From IMG/VR virus record IMGVR_UViG_3300024287_000018, positions 1-29,488 of that record: 29,488 nucleotides of DNA; one strand, given 5' to 3'. Shown in pieces: positions 7,854 to 14,761 of the stretch (its first letter is position 1; each line of letters opens with the position of its first letter). Position numbers and translations under genes: made by a program. This DNA comes from a virus (Duplodnaviria; Caudoviricetes). The notes beneath the pieces were generated by a model that was not told the origin of the DNA, did no database searches, and saw nothing but the letters and a program-made list of their open reading frames with translations.

Positions 7854-9620
7854 ATGTCAAAAAAGCCGCTTAATTACTGTGAAGAGTATGGTAGGGATGG
7901 TATTGCTAAATACATCTCTCAGACTTGGTTTAATTACCACAGCCAGCGATTCCCTAAGATTGAAGAATGGAAAGAGCTTCGAAACTTCATCTTTGCTACA
8001 GATACAACAACAACAAGTAATCGCAGTTTGCCTTGGAAGAATAGTACAACCCTTCCAAAACTCTGCCAGATTCGAGATAATCTGCATTCCAATTACATCT
8101 CTGCATTGTTCCCTAATGATGATTGGCTTCGTTGGGAAGCATATACACAGAATGATGCAACCAAAGCTAAACGTGTAGCTATTGAAGCTTACATGAGTAA
8201 TAAGTGTCGTGAGAGTCATTTCCGTACAGAGATGAGCAAACTTCTCTACGATTATATCGACTATGGGAATGCATTCGCTACGGTGGACTTTGAGGCTTCA
8301 TATCGTGAAGATGCATTAGGGATGAAGGTGACAGATTATGTGGGGCCGAAAGTTCGCAGAATTAGCCCTCTTGATATTGTCTTTAATCCAATTGCTAGCT
8401 CATTCAAAGATAGTTTCAAGATTGTTCGAAGCCTTAGAAATCTGGGTGAGTTGGCGATAATGGCGAAAGACGAGCCGGAGAATAAATACCTCCAGAAAGC
8501 TCTAAAGAATGGTATGGCGCTTCGAGCGCATATGAATGCTTATGGTATTGAAGAGGCTGACAAAGACCAAGGATTCCTTATGGATGGCTTTGGCAACTAC
8601 TCTGAATACCTTGGAAGTAATTATGTAGAGTTTCTTCAGTTCTACGGTGATCTCTACAATGAGGAAACTGGAGAATATGAATGCGGGAAAGTAATCACTG
8701 TAGTGGATCGTATGTGGGTTATCCAGAATGAACCTCTTCCTACTTGGTTTGGCTCTGCTCCCATATTCCATGTTGGCTGGCGTACTCGTCCTGATAACCT
8801 CTACGCTATGGGACCTCTCGATAACTTGGTGGGTATGCAATATCGTATCGACCACTTGGAGAACCTTAAGGCAGATGCTATGGACTTGGCAGTCCTCCCT
8901 CCGCTGGTAATTCAAGGTGAAGTAGAAGAGTTTGTATGGAGTCCGGGTGCAGAAATTCATGTGGATGAAAATGGTTCTGTTTCTGAACTGGGTCGTAATG
9001 CCCAATGGGTTATTCAATCAGATAACGCTATTCAACTACTTGAGCAGCGTATGGAAATGTATGCAGGCGCTCCTCGTGAAGCTATGGGTATTCGTACACC
9101 GGGTGAAAAGACTGCTTTCGAAGTTCAAACATTGGAGAATGCAGCAAGCCGAATCTTCCAAGAGAAAATCAATACGTTTGAGATTGAACTCTTGGAGCGA
9201 GTTCTTAATGCTATGCTTGAAACTGGTAGGCGCAATCTTGATGGTGCTGATGTAATTCGATCGATGGATAATGATTTGGCTGTACAACAGTTTATTACTA
9301 TCACGAAAGATGACATCACGGCCTCAGGCGTTCTAAGGCCCATTGGTGCCCGTCACTTCGCAGCACAGGCCACCCTACTGCAAAATCTTACTGGCGTCTT
9401 TAACAGCCCTATTGGTCAAGCTTTGGCACCTGATTTGAACCGAAGCAACCTTGGTAAGCTTGTAGAAGATGTTCTTGGTCTGAATCGTTATCAACTGTTC
9501 ACACCTAATAAGGCTGTATTCGACAATCAACAAACTCAGTCGTTGGCTGCTCAAGCTGCAGAAGATAATCAAACTGCTGCTACACTACCAGCACCTCCTA
9601 GTACACCTCAAGCTCAATGA
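7854..9620 (+). CDS. Portal (head-tail connector) protein
   Basis: 588 aa directly after TerL, with podovirus portal-like motifs (YGNAFATV, RISPLDIVFNP, YAMGPLDNLVGMQ, GEKTAFEV). Confidence 0.92.
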   Translation: MSKKPLNYCEEYGRDGIAKYISQTWFNYHSQRFPKIEEWKELRNFIFATDTTTTSNRSLPWKNSTTLPKLCQIRDNLHSNYISALFPNDDWLRWEAYTQNDATKAKRVAIEAYMSNKCRESHFRTEMSKLLYDYIDYGNAFATVDFEASYREDALGMKVTDYVGPKVRRISPLDIVFNPIASSFKDSFKIVRSLRNLGELAIMAKDEPENKYLQKALKNGMALRAHMNAYGIEEADKDQGFLMDGFGNYSEYLGSNYVEFLQFYGDLYNEETGEYECGKVITVVDRMWVIQNEPLPTWFGSAPIFHVGWRTRPDNLYAMGPLDNLVGMQYRIDHLENLKADAMDLAVLPPLVIQGEVEEFVWSPGAEIHVDENGSVSELGRNAQWVIQSDNAIQLLEQRMEMYAGAPREAMGIRTPGEKTAFEVQTLENAASRIFQEKINTFEIELLERVLNAMLETGRRNLDGADVIRSMDNDLAVQQFITITKDDITASGVLRPIGARHFAAQATLLQNLTGVFNSPIGQALAPDLNRSNLGKLVEDVLGLNRYQLFTPNKAVFDNQQTQSLAAQAAEDNQTAATLPAPPSTPQAQ

Positions 9621-9952
9621 AGACACTAATCCTAAAAGGTCTGAATGAAGAACAACAGGTTGAGATGCGTCAAGAATACATTCATGCAGTACATCTTCGA
9701 CAACAATTGAAGAAGCTGCTGAATGAAAAGATTGATGCATCAAACAAAACTGTACGTTCTAAGGATGCCTACGGCATTGCTAATTGGTCATTCCTTGCTG
9801 CAGATGCAGTAGGGTATGAGAGAGCTATGCTAGAAGTTATAAGCCTTCTGACGAATGAATCACAGCAAGAAACTGAGGTGCCTAAAGGCGCCGAGGTCTT
9901 GGCTGCAGTCAAGAAGAGAGGCCGACCGAAGGTCGTAAGAACGTCAGAATAA
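9617..9952 (+). CDS. Hypothetical protein (111 aa) with C-terminal KKRGRPK motif
   Basis: ATGA overlap with the portal stop; helical core and basic AT-hook-like tail. Confidence 0.75.
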   Translation: MKTLILKGLNEEQQVEMRQEYIHAVHLRQQLKKLLNEKIDASNKTVRSKDAYGIANWSFLAADAVGYERAMLEVISLLTNESQQETEVPKGAEVLAAVKKRGRPKVVRTSE

Positions 9953-10009
9953 AATATATTTTTAATTTTAGGTACAAAAAAGTCTAAAAAAAGGGTAAAC
10001 TCTATTATA

Positions 10010-10076
10010 GAGAAGAGAGTGAGTTGATTATTAGTTTTTCATCAACGAACGAGTGAGCGTCTTAGCGAACCTTCTC
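10010..10076 (+). other. Primosome-assembly-site (pas/ssi)-like three-way-junction DNA element
   Basis: Closing stem GAGAAG 10010-15 / CTTCTC 10071-76 with two arms, each GT-GA-stem-loop-stem-GA-AC. Resembles the ColE1/pBR322 pas-BL sequence (recalled from memory). Confidence 0.6.
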
Positions 10077-10100
10077 AATTAATACTAATAGTAATTTTAA

Positions 10101-10176
10101 GCCCTATTAGCTCATTTGGTAGAGCAACGCACTTGTAATGCGTAGGTGGTGTGTTCGAATCATACATAGGGCACCA
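10101..10176 (+). tRNA. tRNA-Thr(UGU)
   Basis: Acceptor GCCCTAT/ATAGGGC, D arm GCTC...GAGC, anticodon arm ACGCA-CT-TGT-AA-TGCGT, T loop TTCGAAT, encoded CCA; 76 nt. Confidence 0.95.
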
Positions 10177-10182
10177 ATCAAT

Positions 10183-10257
10183 TCCATTTAACGCACAAGG
10201 TGTGCGATCTGGCTGTTAACCAGTTTGAGCTAGGTTCGATTCCTAGAGATGGAGCCA
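10183..10257 (+). tRNA. tRNA-Asn(GUU), atypical D arm
   Basis: Acceptor TCCATTT/AGATGGA, G73 discriminator and CCA, anticodon loop CT-GTT-AA in a CTGG/CCAG stem, T arm CTAGG-TTCGATT-CCTAG. Confidence 0.88.
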
Positions 10258-10275
10258 AACTTTATAGGAATACAA

Positions 10276-11124
10276 ATGACGACTGACCAGTCGATCTTTG
10301 GTGATAATCAAAATCAAAATCAAAATCAACAGCAGCAGACCGCTGCTACAGGTGGTGCAGCAGCCACTAATGTTACACAAGAAAACTCCTTTGCAGACCT
10401 GCTTGGGATGATTCGAAATGAAACAGGAGCGCCTAAGTATAAGAGTGTTCCAGAAGCCCTTAATGGTCTTGCTCATGCCCAGACGTTTATTGAGCAGCTT
10501 AAAGCTGAGAAAGCTGAAGCTGAACGTAAACTTGCTGAAGCACAAGCATCTGCTAGCAAGGTTGAATCTCTGGAATCCACTGTACAGGAACTCATTCGGA
10601 ACAAGCAGGAAGCTAATGTCTCGACAGGACAAGCAGCCCTTACAGCCGAACAGATTGCTGAGTTGGTGAATCAAACTTTGGATGTTCGAGTTACTAAGCA
10701 GACAGCCACCCAAAATACTAAAGAAGTTATCGACAAGACACGACAACAGTTTGGGGATCAAGCAGAAGCTAAATATCTCGCAGCAGCCGAGGAACTGGGT
10801 CTTACTGTAAAAGAGATGAATGATCTCGCAGCTAAGAATCCTAAGTTGGTTCTTAAAGCGTTGGGAGTAAGTGGGGTCCCTGCTCATAAGCAGAACATTG
10901 GTGCCCCCATCACAACTCAAGTTAATACCGCAGGTTTCCAGCCTCATCAAGATTCATTCGTAAAACGTAATGAAACAAAACTTCAACTTGGTGCAACTAG
11001 TGCAGAGCTTCTTGTAGAAACTCGTAATGCAGCCAAGATGGTAGATGAACTTCATGAACAAGGTATGAGTGTACATGATTTGGCTGATCCTAAAGTTTAT
11101 TTTAAAATCTTCGGCAATAAGTAA
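10276..11124 (+). CDS. Capsid scaffolding protein
   Basis: ATG 10276 follows SD AGGAA (the track's 10249 start lies inside tRNA-Asn). Low-complexity N-terminus and coiled-coil (EQLKAEKAEAERKLAEAQ), located between portal and capsid genes. Confidence 0.85.
   Translation: MTTDQSIFGDNQNQNQNQQQQTAATGGAAATNVTQENSFADLLGMIRNETGAPKYKSVPEALNGLAHAQTFIEQLKAEKAEAERKLAEAQASASKVESLESTVQELIRNKQEANVSTGQAALTAEQIAELVNQTLDVRVTKQTATQNTKEVIDKTRQQFGDQAEAKYLAAAEELGLTVKEMNDLAAKNPKLVLKALGVSGVPAHKQNIGAPITTQVNTAGFQPHQDSFVKRNETKLQLGATSAELLVETRNAAKMVDELHEQGMSVHDLADPKVYFKIFGNK
10306..10338 (+). repeat. In-frame microsatellite (AATCAA)x4 + (CAG)x3 in the scaffold gene
   Basis: Directly visible; encodes NQNQNQNQQQQ. Confidence 0.9.
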
Positions 11125-11136
11125 GGATAATATAAT

Positions 11137-11625
11137 ATGGCACAGGTAGTAGACCATGGTCACGGTCAAGTAGCAAGATTTCATAATAGCTATATCATCA
11201 ATAATCAAACAGGTTGTTGGGAATGGCAATTAACCTTAAACAAGGATGGTTATGGAAGATGTTACTTTGATAATATTACATTCAGAGCACACCGTTTATC
11301 GTATAAACTAAAGTTTGGCGATCCCGGCAATAAATATGTTCTTCACAAATGTGACAATGCCAAATGTGTTAATCCTAATCATCTTTATCTTGGTTGTCAA
11401 CAAGACAACATGAAAGATAAGAAAGATAGAGGCCGAAGTCTCGGTATCAATAGGGGCCATGCTAATGGGAGTAGTAAACTTACAGATAAAGATGTAAAAG
11501 AGATTATTGATCTTTTACAATGTAAGTTGTTCTCGCAAAAGTTTATTGGTCAGAAATATAATGTAGGCCAAGACCAAATTAGTCGCATAAAAACAGGCGA
11601 TAGGTGGAATTGGCTAGATAAATAA
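11137..11625 (+). mobile_element. Free-standing HNH homing endonuclease
   Basis: GCWEW..GYG...RAHRLSY...VLHKCDNAKCVNPNHL..G...DN (HNH_3-type) plus a C-terminal HTH-like part (KLTDKDVKEI...ISRIKTGDRW). More AT-rich than the flanking capsid gene; sits between scaffold and capsid genes. Confidence 0.92.
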
Positions 11626-11637
11626 AAGGAGGCCATT

Positions 11638-12579
11638 TTGGCCCAAAACCGCGCGAATTCCACTGCTTTTATTGAAGCAGAGCAATACTCGGCCTTCATT
11701 CTTCGTAACCTCCACGATGGCCTGCTTCCCGGCTCGTTCTATCGTAATGTGACGGACTTTGGTTCGGGTACTACCCTCCACATCAAGACAGTTGGTACTG
11801 TTACGATTCAGGATGGTGCAGAAGATGTTCCGTTCGATTACACACCGATTGAATCGGGTGAAGTGACGATGACCATCACCAACTATACTGGAGATGCTTG
11901 GTATGTCACTGACGAACTCCGTGAAGATGGCGCACAAGTGGAAGCCCTTATGTCGGCTCGTTCGCAAGAATCCACACGTGCAATGCAAGAAATCTTTGAA
12001 TCGCGCTTCCTCGCTCGTGTCAATACGGCACAAACGAATGCAAGCCCGAACAACATCAACGGCTTCGCACACCGTATCGCTTCGGCTGAAGTGAACAACG
12101 TGTTCTCGCTTAACCACCTCATCAACATGAAGCTGGCATTTGACAAGGCTAATGTGCCTGCTGCTGGTCGTGTTGCTATTCTTGATCCGGTTGCAGCAGC
12201 TACGCTTGATCGTCTCGTTACGATTAACCGTGATGTTACACCGTTTGGTCAGAAGATTCTTGAGAATGGTTTCGATCGTGAGCATACGTTCCTGATGAAC
12301 CTGTATGGATGGAACATCATCACTTCGAATCGTCTTGCCACTGGCTCGTTCAGCGATGGTACGACTACGGTTGCTAACGGTGTTGCTAACGTGTTCCTGT
12401 CGATGGCTGATGACAACACGAAGGCTATTATGGCTGCATGGCGTCGTATGCCCAAGGTTGAAGGTGAGCGTAATAAAGACCTTCGCCGGGATGAGTTTGT
12501 TACTTCGGCTCGTTGGGGCTTCGGTGTTCAGCGTGTTGACTCGCTTGGCGTGCTCATCACTTCGGCAGTCAACTCGTAA
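11638..12579 (+). CDS. Major capsid protein
   Basis: 313 aa, TTG start after SD AAGGAGG; follows the scaffold and precedes a terminator-ended small gene. The N-terminus FIEAEQYSAFIL.NLHDGLLP and C-terminal SARWGFGVQR fit a T7-supergroup HK97-fold capsid; codon usage suggests high expression. Confidence 0.92.
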   Translation: MAQNRANSTAFIEAEQYSAFILRNLHDGLLPGSFYRNVTDFGSGTTLHIKTVGTVTIQDGAEDVPFDYTPIESGEVTMTITNYTGDAWYVTDELREDGAQVEALMSARSQESTRAMQEIFESRFLARVNTAQTNASPNNINGFAHRIASAEVNNVFSLNHLINMKLAFDKANVPAAGRVAILDPVAAATLDRLVTINRDVTPFGQKILENGFDREHTFLMNLYGWNIITSNRLATGSFSDGTTTVANGVANVFLSMADDNTKAIMAAWRRMPKVEGERNKDLRRDEFVTSARWGFGVQRVDSLGVLITSAVNS

Positions 12580-12596
12580 TTAAAGGATAATATAAC

Positions 12597-13082
12597 ATGG
12601 CAGGTTACGAAGCAGCTACAGGCATTAACGTTTCCAACTACTATGGTGCTCGTGATACGGGCTACTCGGTTGGTACTGAGCCTAACAATGATGGTATTTG
12701 GCAACTTGGTGTTACGCTTACAGCGGCATCGATTGCTAATGGTTTTGTCCCCCCGGTGGTTATCCCGCGTGGTGCTCACTTCCTCCGATACATTCTCCGT
12801 GTCGATGAAGCGTTCAACCTTGGTGGTACTACTCCGACGGTGATTGTTGGTGGTACGGCTCCGGCGACGAATGGTGTTATCCTTACGGAAGCAGAACTCG
12901 AAGCTATTGGTACTAAGATTCCGGCATCTACTGGTACTGGTACTTGGGCTGTTGCATCCGCTACAGGAACCACTGCAGCAGAGAAGGTTGATATCGTCCT
13001 CGGCGGTACGCTTCCGGTGTTCACTACGAACGTTGGTAAGGCGGAACTGATCGCAGAATACATCTTCGAAACTAAGATTTAA
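12597..13082 (+). CDS. Probable capsid decoration / abundant virion protein
   Basis: 161 aa, Thr/Ala/Gly/Val-rich beta protein with the same codon bias as the capsid gene, directly upstream of the post-capsid terminator. Confidence 0.7.
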   Translation: MAGYEAATGINVSNYYGARDTGYSVGTEPNNDGIWQLGVTLTAASIANGFVPPVVIPRGAHFLRYILRVDEAFNLGGTTPTVIVGGTAPATNGVILTEAELEAIGTKIPASTGTGTWAVASATGTTAAEKVDIVLGGTLPVFTTNVGKAELIAEYIFETKI

Positions 13083-13089
13083 ATTTAAA

Positions 13090-13128
13090 GGGAGGGTGAG
13101 GGTCAAAAGCTCTTGCTCTCCCTTTTTT
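13090..13128 (+). terminator. Rho-independent terminator after the capsid genes
   Basis: GGGAGGGTGAGGGT-CAAAA-GCTCTTGCTCTCCC, a 14-bp stem with several G-U pairs, followed by TTTTTT. Confidence 0.9.
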
Positions 13129-13145
13129 CATTTGAGGAGACGGCC

Positions 13146-13829
13146 ATAGCTGTCCAGCACAAAGATATTGTAGATGCACAAAGGCATGAGCCTAAAGGCG
13201 CTTCTACCGCTACAACTAATTCTGTATATGCATCAAATGGCTCAGGTAGCGGAGCATGGACAAAGATTAAATCCCCCAATCTAGATGGTATCTCGTCAGA
13301 TGGTGGAAGCTCTAATAAGAAGATTATCACTAATGGAGCAGAAGGATTTGTACAGCGGCTTGATGCTGCGTATGGGTCAATGGTTATTACCAATAACACA
13401 AATGGATTTGCAGTTACAGCAGCAGCAGATAGCACATTGAATACTAATACGGATTATGTATTGTTCACAGGGACAGGCGCTCCTTGGGCCTCTGAGAATC
13501 TATTTGGTGGATTTACCTTCAGTACGAATCAACTTGTGCTACCAGTTACAGGTGTGTATGAAGTACAGGCATGGTCCAACATCACTTCATATCCTACTAA
13601 TACAGCATTCGTAGCCATTAAATATCGATTGAATGGTACAACATTCGGTCCACGTAAGGTTAAGAGTAAGAGTAATTCAGCAGGTGATGCAGGAGTTCTT
13701 TCTGGGTTTGGATTGTTTTCAGCTACGGCTGGTGATTTTATTCAACTTATGATCGCCTCTAGTGCCACAGGGTCTCTGATTATTGGCGATTTGAATACAT
13801 CTATCAAATTGGTAAGGCAGTCAGCATGA
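13146..13829 (+). CDS. Virion structural protein (fiber-like, C-terminal C1q/BclA-like beta-sandwich); probable ATA start
   Basis: SD GAGGAG 13134-39 lies 6 nt before an in-frame ATA, giving MAVQHKDIVDAQRHEPKG. C-terminal LVLPVTGVYEV...ATAGDFIQLMI pattern. Confidence 0.7.
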   Translation: MAVQHKDIVDAQRHEPKGASTATTNSVYASNGSGSGAWTKIKSPNLDGISSDGGSSNKKIITNGAEGFVQRLDAAYGSMVITNNTNGFAVTAAADSTLNTNTDYVLFTGTGAPWASENLFGGFTFSTNQLVLPVTGVYEVQAWSNITSYPTNTAFVAIKYRLNGTTFGPRKVKSKSNSAGDAGVLSGFGLFSATAGDFIQLMIASSATGSLIIGDLNTSIKLVRQSA

Positions 13830-14581
13830 AGAAAAGTTTGTTGGAAATCACCCAAGCGGTTCTCAATGATTTGGATAGTGATGAAGTCAATTCTATTGAC
13901 GACACAATTGAATCTCAGCAAGTAGCAAATATTATCCGTGGCTGTTATGAAGAAATGATTTCCAACAGGAACTGGCCTCATCTTAAGAAGCTGGTTCAAT
14001 TGGATAGCCTATCTGATCTGACTAAGCCCAACTACTTGCAGACTCCGGAAAAGATGAAAGAGCTTGTATTCTTTAAATACGATGCTCGTACTCTAGATCG
14101 AGATGTTCTCACATACAAAGAGATTCGATATAAATATCCAGATGAATTCCTTAGGTATGTAGGTGGTAGGCAGCAAAGCAACGATAATGTAATAACTGTT
14201 ACTGACTTCAGTGGTTCCGAACTCCTTATCTTCAACGATCAATATCCTAAATTCTGGACTTCTTTTGATGATCGATATATTGTATGCGATAGCTACGATA
14301 AGGATATTGACGATACATTGAAGGCTTCTAAGACACAGTGTTTGGCAGTGATGGAGCCTATCTGGGTGCATCTTGATGATGCCATACCCGATCTCCCTTC
14401 TGAAGCCTTTGCAGCCCTTGTAGAAGAATCTAAGAGCACTGCAGCATTGAAGATTAAACAGAGTGTAGATCAGAAAGCAGAACAGAAATCTAAACGACAA
14501 AATCAGTGGCTCTCCCGTAAAGCATGGGTTGCAAAAGGCGGAGTGCGATACGATAATTATGGCCGACGAGGTAGGAAATGA
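13826..14581 (+). CDS. Tail tubular protein A (adaptor, T7 gp11-like)
   Basis: N-terminus LLEITQAVLNDLDSDEVNSI, 251 aa, located before the nozzle gene. Confidence 0.8.
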   Translation: MKKSLLEITQAVLNDLDSDEVNSIDDTIESQQVANIIRGCYEEMISNRNWPHLKKLVQLDSLSDLTKPNYLQTPEKMKELVFFKYDARTLDRDVLTYKEIRYKYPDEFLRYVGGRQQSNDNVITVTDFSGSELLIFNDQYPKFWTSFDDRYIVCDSYDKDIDDTLKASKTQCLAVMEPIWVHLDDAIPDLPSEAFAALVEESKSTAALKIKQSVDQKAEQKSKRQNQWLSRKAWVAKGGVRYDNYGRRGRK

Positions 14582-14760
14582 ACACTAGTGAATATAAGGG
14601 GTACAAGCTTCAACCCCAACATAATAATCCCCGAAGTATTGAGATTAAGAATATGAAGGTTGGTGGTAGCCTTCCAGTTGTATTGTCAGGACTTTATACA
14701 GATAGGACAACCGCAATGAAGGCAATAGATGCCTACTTGCAGCCAAAAGTAAAGGAGTGA
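14578..14760 (+). CDS. Hypothetical protein (60 aa)
   Basis: Overlaps the tail A stop and ends 1 nt before the tail B start; LSGLYTDRTTAMKAIDAY. Confidence 0.7.
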   Translation: MNTSEYKGYKLQPQHNNPRSIEIKNMKVGGSLPVVLSGLYTDRTTAMKAIDAYLQPKVKE

Positions 14761-14761
14761 G

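Noticed and set aside
10243-10950. 235-aa minus-strand ORF and other long antisense ORFs (11614-12285, 12528-13106, 8502-9017, 22211-22732)
   Set aside because: Shadows of well-supported plus-strand genes, with no motifs or ribosome-binding sites.
11137-11637. Group I intron interrupting the capsid gene
   Set aside because: The insert is almost entirely the HNH ORF, leaving no room for a P3-P7 catalytic core; the capsid gene has its own SD and start.
12570-12600. T7 10A/10B-type frameshift or read-through joining capsid and decoration genes
   Set aside because: No slippery sequence at the capsid 3' end, a TAA stop, further stop codons nearby and a strong separate SD for the next gene.
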